Positions 56,192 to 64,000 of a stretch of 64,000 nucleotides of DNA are shown here, one piece after another. The notes under the pieces are model-generated. The model made no database searches and was not told the DNA's origin. It worked only from the letters and a program-made list of their open reading frames with translations. Location of the stretch: positions 21,126-85,125 of the forward strand of contig NVUH01000008.1 in the NCBI GenBank assembly GCA_002401855.1. The letters run 5' to 3'. The stretch is from Hyphomicrobiales bacterium. Lineage in GTDB: Bacteria > Pseudomonadota > Alphaproteobacteria > Rhizobiales > OSC116. Position 1 is the first letter of the stretch. Each line of letters begins with the position of its first letter. The translations under genes were made by a program, and so were the position numbers.

Positions 56192-57889
56192 ATGAGTGAA
56201 AGCTCTACAGGGGGCATGTTTTCATTTTTAATGAAGGAAAATATCGTCGCAAAACCAGGCTTTAACCGCTGGTATGTACCACCAGCTTCAATCGCCATTC
56301 ACATGTGCATTGGCTCAGTTTACGCTTGGTCTATTTTTAACCCAGCGCTCACCAAAGAACTTGGCGTGATCGCTTCAGCTGGCGATGACTGGTCACTATC
56401 ATCTGTGGTGTGGATTTTCTCTACCGCCATCGTATTTTTAGGCTTAGCGGCAGCATTTGGCGGCAAATGGCTCGAAAAAGTTGGCCCACGCGCGGTCGGT
56501 GTGGTGTCAGCATTCTGTTGGGGCGGCGGTTTCTTAGTCGGTTCAATCGGCATTGTCACTCATCAATTATGGCTCATTTATCTAGGTTATGGTGCCATTG
56601 GCGGGGTCGGCTTAGGCTTAGGCTATGTATCGCCCGTATCTACATTAATCCGTTGGTTCCCCGATAAGCGCGGCATGGCCACAGGCATGGCCATTATGGG
56701 CTTTGGTGGCGGCGCAATGATTGGCGCCCCCTTAATTAGATGGTTACTCGCCAGCAATGCCAAAGCGCCAGATTTTTTAGGCGCCGAATCAACTGTCACA
56801 CTCATCACCGAGAATGGCCGCCGCTTTGCCGAAACAGCAGCAGGTAAAATCGAAGTTGTGATTTCTGCTGCAACCGAAACTGCCGAAGCGGGTGTTTATG
56901 CCGTTGGCACAGGCAATACAGGTGCTGCAGCCACTTTCATCACACTTGGCATCGTCTATTTCATCGTCATGATGATTGCGTCATTCTTATATCGCGTACC
57001 TGCAGCGGGTTGGAAACCAGAAGGTTGGGATTCAACAACTTTGACCTCCAAAAAAATGGTCACCGAAAAAGATGTACATATTGATCAATCGCTTAAAACA
57101 CCACAATTTTGGCTTATCTGGATTGTGCTATGCTTTAATGTGACGGCGGGTATCGGCGTCATCGGCGTTGCCAAAACCATGATGAATGAAATTTTTGGCG
57201 ATTTGGCTCTTGTCACCGCGGGCTTTGCTGCCACGTATGTGCTGATGATTTCAGTATTCAACATGACAGGTCGGTTTTTCTGGGCCACTATATCGGATCA
57301 TATTGGGCGTAAAAACACCTATTTCTGGTTCTTTATTTTGGGCATTATTTTATACTTATCCATCCCGTATTTCGCCACAGCTGGCGGCACCACGGCCTTG
57401 GTAGGTTTCTATATTGCCACCATGATTATTTTCACCATGTATGGCGGTGGCTTTGCCACAATACCCGCCTATTTGGCCGATATTTTCGGTACATTGCATG
57501 TTGGCGGTATTCATGGCCGGTTGCTCACTGCATGGTCAACCGCGGGTGTGTTAGGGCCTTTTGCCATTACATATTTGCGCAATATGTCCAAAGACAGCGC
57601 GATTGCTGATTTGGCATCAAAAGTCGATGCCGCTGCGTTTGCCGAAAAATTCGGCGCGCCGCTTGATCAACTCACAACATTGGTCAGCGCCAATACTGTG
57701 ACTATCGCAAAGTTGATGGAGCTTGCTCCAACAGGAACGGTCGACCCAACGTCAAGCCTTTACAATACAACAATGTATGCAATGGCTGGCCTGTTGGTCA
57801 TTGGTTTAATCGCCAATTATATGATCAAAGCGGTTGGTGAAGAACATCATGTTGAAAACACACATGGCGAAACTGCACCTGCAGAATAG
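56192..57889 (+). CDS. MFS transporter, oxalate/formate antiporter (OFA) family, long form
   Basis: 565 aa. N-terminus NRWYVPPASIAIHMCIGSVYAWSIF is typical of OFA proteins. There is a large central loop. RBS GGGAGG. Confidence 0.8.
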   Translation: MSESSTGGMFSFLMKENIVAKPGFNRWYVPPASIAIHMCIGSVYAWSIFNPALTKELGVIASAGDDWSLSSVVWIFSTAIVFLGLAAAFGGKWLEKVGPRAVGVVSAFCWGGGFLVGSIGIVTHQLWLIYLGYGAIGGVGLGLGYVSPVSTLIRWFPDKRGMATGMAIMGFGGGAMIGAPLIRWLLASNAKAPDFLGAESTVTLITENGRRFAETAAGKIEVVISAATETAEAGVYAVGTGNTGAAATFITLGIVYFIVMMIASFLYRVPAAGWKPEGWDSTTLTSKKMVTEKDVHIDQSLKTPQFWLIWIVLCFNVTAGIGVIGVAKTMMNEIFGDLALVTAGFAATYVLMISVFNMTGRFFWATISDHIGRKNTYFWFFILGIILYLSIPYFATAGGTTALVGFYIATMIIFTMYGGGFATIPAYLADIFGTLHVGGIHGRLLTAWSTAGVLGPFAITYLRNMSKDSAIADLASKVDAAAFAEKFGAPLDQLTTLVSANTVTIAKLMELAPTGTVDPTSSLYNTTMYAMAGLLVIGLIANYMIKAVGEEHHVENTHGETAPAE

Positions 57890-57904
57890 CACTTATAATA
57901 ACTT

Positions 57905-57942
57905 GGCTGAGCGATTTTAACATCGCTCGGCCATTATTTTTT
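57905..57942 (+). terminator. Rho-independent terminator
   Basis: GGCTGAGCGAT-TTTAAC-ATCGCTCGGCC followed by ATTATTTTTT, 16 nt after the MFS stop. Confidence 0.75.
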
Positions 57943-57996
57943 CGAGCTATATCAATTTTCAACCACATTCATTAAAAATGGATTTGTAAGTTTACC

Positions 57997-58026
57997 TTGT
58001 GATTTTGTATTCATTGTAATTATAAT
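57997..58026 (+). promoter_or_regulatory. Candidate sigma70-type promoter for fdsG (TTGTGA-N18-TATAAT)
   Basis: Consensus -10 TATAAT at 58021-58026, about 60 nt upstream of the fdsG start. The -35 element is weak. Confidence 0.35.
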
Positions 58027-58083
58027 AGTTGTAATCATTGATTTAGGCTCAAACTGAATTAATATAGTATGTAATGTTTAAAG

Positions 58084-58542
58084 GTGGTTCGGGTGGCAAC
58101 AAATTTAGATATATATCCGCTGGAAAGCAAGATAAAACTGGTCTGCGCCGACCATGGCAATGCGGCCGATATGCTGCTGGAAATATTGCACGCCGTTCAA
58201 GCGTTTAACCGCTATATCCCCGAAAGCGCCTACCAAATTATCGCCGATTGCTTAAATCTTTCACGCGCTGAAGTTTATGGCGTGGTGACTTTTTATCACG
58301 ATTTTCGGCAAAAACCACCGGCCAAAAAAATAGTCAAATTATGCCAATCCGAGGCTTGTCAATCAATGGGCTCAGTTCAATTAAAAGCCGATATTGAAAA
58401 AGGCCTCAACTCAGATGTGGCAATTGAAACCATTTACTGCCTGGGCAATTGCGCCCTAGCCCCCTCAGCCCTAGTCGATGGCCAAATTTATGGCCGCCTA
58501 GATGCCGACCAGCTCAGCGCACTGATTGGTGGTACTGCATGA
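58084..58542 (+). CDS. fdsG: NAD-dependent formate dehydrogenase gamma subunit (NuoE-like, 2Fe-2S)
   Basis: NuoE/thioredoxin-like block (YGVVTFYHDF, CQSEACQSMG, CLGNCALAP). GTG start at 58084, or at 58093 (5 nt after AAGGTGG). Confidence 0.85.
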   Translation: MVRVATNLDIYPLESKIKLVCADHGNAADMLLEILHAVQAFNRYIPESAYQIIADCLNLSRAEVYGVVTFYHDFRQKPPAKKIVKLCQSEACQSMGSVQLKADIEKGLNSDVAIETIYCLGNCALAPSALVDGQIYGRLDADQLSALIGGTA

Positions 58543-60068
58543 ATATTGTATACGTCCCCAGAGACACGGCCAGCGTGTCAGTCGGCGCCGATACCGTCGC
58601 GGCAAAATTCAAAGCAGCAGGCTATAAAGTCATCCGCAACGGTTCACGCGGCGCGGCATGGCTTGAGCCATTGGTCGAGATTGACACACCAGATGGCCGC
58701 GTCGGCTTTAGTTGCGTGCGGCCTTCAGATGTCGATGCGCTGATTAATGATGCCTTTGGGCATGATGCCCCGCATCTGTTAGATGTCGGCCTGATTAAAA
58801 ATATCGATTATTTCAAAAAACAAACCCGACATATCTTTGCCAAATCTGGCGAAATTGATCCGTTATCAATCGATGATTACATCGCCCATGGCGGATTTAT
58901 TGGCCTAAAAAAATGCCTCAAAATTGGCGCACAAGCATCAGTTAAACAAATCCTAGATTCAGGCCTGCGAGGCCGCGGCGGCGCGGCTTTCCCAACGGGT
59001 ATAAAATGGCAAACCACATTAGACGCGGCAGCGGACCAAAAATATGTGGTGTGTAATGCAGATGAAGGTGACGGCGGCACCTTCTCTGATCGCTTGGTGA
59101 TGGAAACTGACCCAATGGCGCTGATAGAAGGCATGATTATATGCGGCGCGTCAATCGGCGCCACAAAAGGTTATATTTACCTGCGCAGCGAATACCCGCT
59201 TACCAAAGAAATCCTCGGAGAAGCCATAGAAAACGCCTACCAAACAGGCTGGCTAGGCAAAAACGTCGGCGGCCTAGGCTTACATTTTGACTTAGAATTA
59301 CGCATCGGCGCAGGCGCTTATATTTGCGGCGAAGAAACATCTCTGCTCGATAGCCTAGAAGGCAAACGCGGCATGGTGCGCGCCAAACCACCTCTACCCG
59401 CCATCCAAGGCCTATTCGGCAAACCGACCATCATCAATAACGTCATCACCTTGGCCTCCGTGCCAGATGTCCTAGCCAATGGCGCAAAAGCCTATGCCGC
59501 ATTAGGCGTTGGCCGCTCAACAGGCACATTGCCATTTCAACTAGGCGGCAATATCAAACGCGGCGGCATGGTCGAGGTCGAGTTTGGCCACACATTGCGC
59601 GAAATTATTGAAGATTTCGGCGGCGGTACTTTATCAGGCCGCCCGATCAAAGCCGTACAATTAGGCGGCCCCCTAGGCTCCTACATTCACCCCGATGAGC
59701 TAGACACTGTACTAGATTACGAAAAATTCGCCGAAATTGGTGGCGCCGTCGGTCATGGCGGTATCGTGATATTTGATGACACAGCCGATATGGCTGCACT
59801 CGCACGGTTTGCGTTCCACTTTTGCGAGGTTGAAAGCTGCGGCAAATGCACCCCATGCCGCATCGGCGCGGTGCGCGGCGGTGAGATTTTAGATAAAATA
59901 GCAGATGGCGAAAATGTAGCCGAAAATTTCGCCTTATTAGATGATTTATTCGATGTGATGGAAGTCGGTTCACTATGTGCAATGGGCGGCCTAACCCCCA
60001 AACCCGTACGCAGCATATTAAAGCATTTTCCAGCAGAATTAGGCTTAAAACAGGGAGTAGAAACATGA
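58539..60068 (+). CDS. fdsB: NAD-dependent formate dehydrogenase beta subunit (NuoF-like, FMN/NAD/4Fe-4S)
   Basis: GLRGRGGAAFPTG and ESCGKCTPCR motifs. The ATG at 58539 forms an ATGA overlap with the fdsG stop. Confidence 0.9.
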   Translation: MNIVYVPRDTASVSVGADTVAAKFKAAGYKVIRNGSRGAAWLEPLVEIDTPDGRVGFSCVRPSDVDALINDAFGHDAPHLLDVGLIKNIDYFKKQTRHIFAKSGEIDPLSIDDYIAHGGFIGLKKCLKIGAQASVKQILDSGLRGRGGAAFPTGIKWQTTLDAAADQKYVVCNADEGDGGTFSDRLVMETDPMALIEGMIICGASIGATKGYIYLRSEYPLTKEILGEAIENAYQTGWLGKNVGGLGLHFDLELRIGAGAYICGEETSLLDSLEGKRGMVRAKPPLPAIQGLFGKPTIINNVITLASVPDVLANGAKAYAALGVGRSTGTLPFQLGGNIKRGGMVEVEFGHTLREIIEDFGGGTLSGRPIKAVQLGGPLGSYIHPDELDTVLDYEKFAEIGGAVGHGGIVIFDDTADMAALARFAFHFCEVESCGKCTPCRIGAVRGGEILDKIADGENVAENFALLDDLFDVMEVGSLCAMGGLTPKPVRSILKHFPAELGLKQGVET

Positions 60069-62950
60069 GTTTGACCAAACAAACAGATTATGGCACACCC
60101 GAGATTAAACCCGCCGTCTATGGCGAAGCATTAGACTATGTCACCGCCACCATAGACGGCGAACAAGTCACCGTGCCCAAAGGCACCTCGATCATGCGCG
60201 CGGCCAAACAGCTGAATGTCGACATCCCCAAATTATGCGCGACCGACAATATAAATGCCCACGGCTCGTGCCGCATGTGCGTGTGTAAAGTCGAAGGCCG
60301 CCGCGGCATGCCCGCCTCTTGCACCACACCGATTGAAGAGGGCATGAGCGTTACTACAGATGATGCCGATATCACAAAATTACGCAAAGGCGTGCTAGAG
60401 CTCTACATGTCCGATCACCCATTCGATTATACGAACGGCAAAAAAACTCCAAATATCGAAAACGAGCAAAGCTATGGCGATTGCGAATTAGAAGGCATGG
60501 TGGCAAAGGTCGGCCTGACCGAAGTGCGCTATGGCTTCGAAGGCAAAAACCATTTTGATACCGAGATTGACACCTCAAATCCTTATTTTCAATTTGACGG
60601 CGCCAAATGCATCAGCTGTATGCGCTGCGTGCGCGCGTGCGAGCAAGTGCAAGGCAGTTTCGCCATCACCACCGCAGGCCGCGGGTTCGATTCAAAAATC
60701 GTCGCCGGCATGAATGAAGGCTTTTTGGCCAGCGAATGCGTCTCCTGCGGCGCCTGCGTGCAAGCCTGCCCAACCGACACCTTGGTCGAAAAATCCGTGG
60801 TCGAAATGGGCCAACCTGATCGCGAAGTTAAAACCACCTGCGCCTATTGCGGCGTCGGTTGCTCCTTCATCGCGCAAATCAAAAACAACGAAGTCGTGCG
60901 GATGATACCCGATAAAGACGGCGGCGCAAACGATGGCCATTCCTGCGTCAAAGGCCGCTTTGCATTTGGTTATGCCACCCATAAAGACCGCATCACCAAA
61001 CCCATGATTCGCGATCACATTCACGATCCATGGCAAGAAGTTTCTTGGGAAACCGCCATAGGATTCGCCGCCTCACGCTTTAAAGACATTCAGAAAAAAC
61101 ACGGCCGCAAAGCCATTGGCGGCATCACCTCATCACGCTGCACCAATGAAGAAGTGTTTGTCGTGCAAAAACTGATCCGCGCCGCCTTCGGCAATAATAA
61201 TGTCGATACCTGCGCCCGCGTTTGCCATTCACCCACGGGCTACGGCCTCAACCAAGCGTTCGGCACCGCCGCAGGCACTCAGGATTTCGAAAGCGTCGAA
61301 CATAGTGATGTTATTTTGCTGATCGGTGCCAACCCCACCGATGCCCATCCCGTATTCGGCTCACGGATGAAAAAACATCTGCGCGCAGGCGCAAAACTAA
61401 TCGTCGCCGACCCCCGCGCCATCGATCTAGTGCGCAGCGTACATGTTACCGCTGATCATCATTTGCCATTGTTACCTGGCACCAATGTGGCATTAATCAA
61501 CGCCCTAAGCTATGTAATTGCCACCGAAAACCTCATCGACAGAGACTTCGTCGCCCAACGCTGCGACCCAGAAACCTTCAAAGCGTGGGAAGATTTTGTC
61601 ATTCTGCCCGAAAACTCGCCCGAAGCGCAAGAGGTCATCATCGGCGTCAAAGCCGCTGACATAAGAGCCGCCGCTCGCACCTATGCCAATGGCGACACAT
61701 CCGCCATCTATTACGGCCTCGGCGTCACCGAACACAGCCAAGGTTCAACCATGGTGATGGGCATTGCCAACCTCGCCATGGCGACAGGCAATCTAGGCAA
61801 ACGCGGCGGCGGCATCAACCCACTTCGCGGCCAAAATAACGTACAAGGCTCATGCGACATGGGCAGTTTCCCGCACGAATTACCAGGCTATCGCAGCGTG
61901 GCCGATGACGAGGTGCGCGGCCAATTCGAAGCCCATTGGAAAGTCAAACTAGACAATAAGCCGGGCTACCGCATCCCCAACATGTTCAAAGAAGCCATCG
62001 ATGGCAATTACCGCGGCATGTATGTACAAGGCGAAGACATCGCCCAGTCAGACCCCGATACCCAACATGTCGAAGCCGCGCTCATGGCACTAGATTGCCT
62101 AGTGGTACAAGATCTTTTCCTCAACGAAACCGCCCGCTTCGCCCACGTCTTCCTACCCGGCACCAGCTTTCTAGAAAAGAACGGCACATTTACGAACGCC
62201 GAACGCCGCATCAACCGCGTGCGCGAGGTTATGCCGCCCATTACAGGCAAGCACGAATGGGAAGTCACTCAAGACCTAGCCATCGCCATGGGCTACCCGA
62301 TGAATTACACAGACAGCGCCGAGATTATGGACGAAATCGCCGCCCTCCTGCCCACATTCGCCCACGTATCGCTCAATCGCTTGGACAAAGACGATGGCCT
62401 CCAATGGCCTGTTAACGAAGCCGCCCCAGATGGCACTCCCATCATGCATGTCGGCGAATTCGTCCGCGGCAAAGGCAAATTCTTCGTCACCGAATTCACC
62501 CCGACGACCGAAAAAACCAACCGCAAATTCCCGCTTCTCCTCACCACAGGCCGCATCTTATCCCAGTATAATGTCGGCGCCCAAACCAGGCGCACAGAAA
62601 ACAACGTCTGGCTCGAAGAGGATGTCCTAGAAATCCATGCCTCAGACGCCGAATTACGCGGCATTGCCGATGGCGATCTGGTGCAAATCTCTTCACGCAA
62701 AGGTTATATTGCGCTTAAGGCCGAAATTTCCGAACGTATGCAACCGGGCGTGGTCTACACCACATTCCATCACCCCGAATCCGGCGCCAATGTCATCACC
62801 ACCGAAAACAGCGATTGGGCAACCGATTGCCCAGAATATAAGGTAACTGCCGTGCAAATACGCCTCACCAACGACGTATCACCATGGCAAAGTGAACGTG
62901 CCGATACGGTCGATGCCCAGCGCATCATTCAAGTACAGGTTGCTGAATGA
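60065..62950 (+). CDS. fdsA: NAD-dependent formate dehydrogenase alpha subunit (molybdopterin, Cys type)
   Basis: N-terminal 2Fe-2S and 4Fe-4S Cys clusters plus an MopB domain. 961 aa with no in-frame TGA. ATGA overlap with the fdsB stop. Confidence 0.95.
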   Translation: MSLTKQTDYGTPEIKPAVYGEALDYVTATIDGEQVTVPKGTSIMRAAKQLNVDIPKLCATDNINAHGSCRMCVCKVEGRRGMPASCTTPIEEGMSVTTDDADITKLRKGVLELYMSDHPFDYTNGKKTPNIENEQSYGDCELEGMVAKVGLTEVRYGFEGKNHFDTEIDTSNPYFQFDGAKCISCMRCVRACEQVQGSFAITTAGRGFDSKIVAGMNEGFLASECVSCGACVQACPTDTLVEKSVVEMGQPDREVKTTCAYCGVGCSFIAQIKNNEVVRMIPDKDGGANDGHSCVKGRFAFGYATHKDRITKPMIRDHIHDPWQEVSWETAIGFAASRFKDIQKKHGRKAIGGITSSRCTNEEVFVVQKLIRAAFGNNNVDTCARVCHSPTGYGLNQAFGTAAGTQDFESVEHSDVILLIGANPTDAHPVFGSRMKKHLRAGAKLIVADPRAIDLVRSVHVTADHHLPLLPGTNVALINALSYVIATENLIDRDFVAQRCDPETFKAWEDFVILPENSPEAQEVIIGVKAADIRAAARTYANGDTSAIYYGLGVTEHSQGSTMVMGIANLAMATGNLGKRGGGINPLRGQNNVQGSCDMGSFPHELPGYRSVADDEVRGQFEAHWKVKLDNKPGYRIPNMFKEAIDGNYRGMYVQGEDIAQSDPDTQHVEAALMALDCLVVQDLFLNETARFAHVFLPGTSFLEKNGTFTNAERRINRVREVMPPITGKHEWEVTQDLAIAMGYPMNYTDSAEIMDEIAALLPTFAHVSLNRLDKDDGLQWPVNEAAPDGTPIMHVGEFVRGKGKFFVTEFTPTTEKTNRKFPLLLTTGRILSQYNVGAQTRRTENNVWLEEDVLEIHASDAELRGIADGDLVQISSRKGYIALKAEISERMQPGVVYTTFHHPESGANVITTENSDWATDCPEYKVTAVQIRLTNDVSPWQSERADTVDAQRIIQVQVAE

Positions 62951-63762
62951 GTGAAGGTGTAAAATCTGTCAATGCGCACTTAAATAATGGCGTAAAAACC
63001 AAGTCAAAAACTTGGGTGCTGCCAGAAGAATGTCCGATTGCCATATACATTGATGGCGAGAGTGAAAAAGGCGAAACCTACGCCGTTATGTTGACCACAC
63101 CGCTTGATTTGATTGATTTTGCTTACGGGTTTTGCTTAAGCGAAGGCTTGGTAAAAGCCACTGATGCCATCATCAGCGTCAAACAAAAACTTGCGAGAGA
63201 TGGCGTCGAGCTGCATGTCAAATTGAATGATGACGCGTATGACCGCTTCCAAATCATCGAGCGCCGCCGCCGTTTGGCGGGCGCATCAGGCTGTGGGGTT
63301 TGTGGCCTCACCTCCTTATCACACATTGTCGAAGACTTGCCAAAAATTGACAGTGAGCTCACCATCCGCATTGCTGCCATTCAAAAAGCCAGAGTCCAAT
63401 TGCGCGATCACACACCGCTCAATCAAAGCAGTTTTTCAGTTCATGCTGCGGCGTTTGTCGATAAAGATGGCGATATCCTGCTGGTTCGCGAAGATGTTGG
63501 GCGGCATAATGCTTTAGACAAATTATGCGGCGCTCTCACCCAACAAGATATTGACATCAGCCAAGGTTTTGTGCTGCTGACCAGCCGCTTTGCCTACGAA
63601 TTGGCCCAAAAATGCATTAAATCTGGCGTGCCGATTGTGATTTCCATCTCAGCCCCAACCACAATGGCGGTTAACATGGCAAAAAAAGCCAATATGACAT
63701 TTGCGGCCTTTGATGGTGACAGTGATTTAATGGTGTTTTCAAATGCAGAAAGACTAATTTAA
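62947..63762 (+). CDS. fdhD: Formate dehydrogenase accessory sulfurtransferase FdhD
   Basis: 271 aa with SGCGVCG and DVGRHNALDKL motifs. Overlaps the fdsA stop by 4 nt. Confidence 0.9.
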   Translation: MSEGVKSVNAHLNNGVKTKSKTWVLPEECPIAIYIDGESEKGETYAVMLTTPLDLIDFAYGFCLSEGLVKATDAIISVKQKLARDGVELHVKLNDDAYDRFQIIERRRRLAGASGCGVCGLTSLSHIVEDLPKIDSELTIRIAAIQKARVQLRDHTPLNQSSFSVHAAAFVDKDGDILLVREDVGRHNALDKLCGALTQQDIDISQGFVLLTSRFAYELAQKCIKSGVPIVISISAPTTMAVNMAKKANMTFAAFDGDSDLMVFSNAERLI

Positions 63763-63980
63763 GGCTTGCTGGCGCTGATGGCAAAGCGATGCTGAACACT
63801 GCGATCTAAAAATTTAAAAAACCCCAAGCCTTTGGCTTGGGCGCGGTGAATGGTCGATAAATCAGTCTGTACAATAATCTGCTCAAAACCAATGTCAGTT
63901 AACATCTCCACCACCGCAACCGATGTCACACCTTGGTTAAAATACACCCGCTGTAAAATATGATTATGAGTTTTCATCAT
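63759..63980 (-). CDS. Hypothetical protein (possibly the 3' part of a longer gene that continues past the window end)
   Basis: The frame stays open upstream of the ATG at 63980 up to position 64000. I recognise no family with confidence. Confidence 0.25.
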   Translation of the reverse strand: MMKTHNHILQRVYFNQGVTSVAVVEMLTDIGFEQIIVQTDLSTIHRAQAKGLGFFKFLDRSVQHRFAISASKP

Positions 63981-64000
63981 TTGTGCATCGCGGCCATGCC

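Noticed and set aside
60065-62950. Selenocysteine (in-frame TGA) in the formate dehydrogenase alpha subunit.
   Set aside because: The ORF is continuous over 961 codons with no internal TGA, so this is a Cys-type enzyme.
1-64000. Mobile elements, prophage, defence islands (restriction-modification, toxin-antitoxin, Cas, abortive infection) and rRNA/tRNA genes.
   Set aside because: No translation in the six-frame track resembles a transposase, integrase, recombinase, phage structural protein, nuclease/methylase pair or toxin-antitoxin pair. No long inverted terminal repeats were seen. This is a by-eye assessment only.

Overview
This is a chromosomal 64-kb segment rich in catabolic genes, with about 62 protein-coding genes. 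I found no rRNA or tRNA gene, no CRISPR array and no transposase, integrase or phage gene. All family calls come from reading the supplied translations (motifs, length, synteny); no search was run. The gene content (thuEFGKAB-like and lacEFGZK-like operons, many TRAP and CUT1 ABC systems, fdsGBA) looks like a heterotrophic, probably marine, alphaproteobacterium; that is inference. Modules in order: (1) a 9-gene operon (623-7324, minus strand) encoding a LigB/LigA-like extradiol dioxygenase, a short citrate-synthase-like (citryl-CoA-lyase-type) protein, a family III CoA-transferase, a YciI-like protein and TRAP dctPQM. A divergent IclR gene and a Tat-exported amidohydrolase lie next to it. The operon and the amidohydrolase gene share a near-identical 22-nt upstream motif. 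(2) A thuR-thuEFGK-thuAB-like trehalose/disaccharide locus. (3) fpr. (4) A galactose De Ley-Doudoroff set (gal dehydrogenase, dgoK, dgoA) plus a lacEFGZK-like operon. (5) A Gfo/Idh/MocA::aldo-keto-reductase fusion gene. (6) YaiI, ketopantoate-reductase-like and TetR genes. (7) A GntR / Cys-Met PLP lyase / CUT1 ABC operon. (8) A decayed iol locus (LacI-like and iolD remnants) with an intact iolE. (9) VIT1 plus an unknown polytopic membrane protein, and a 1-Cys peroxiredoxin. (10) A Crp/Fnr-type regulator and a perfect FNR box in front of yeeE-yedE-persulfide dioxygenase-DUF442-sulP. (11) A soluble MCP with a CZB domain. (12) An XRE/DUF2083 regulator, a small ORF and aceA. (13) An SDR gene, a 650-bp AT-rich gap, an OFA-type MFS transporter and fdsGBA-fdhD. 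The best candidates for something undescribed are the LigAB/CoA-transferase/citryl-CoA-lyase-like operon with its shared operator, and the Crp/Fnr-controlled sulfur cluster.
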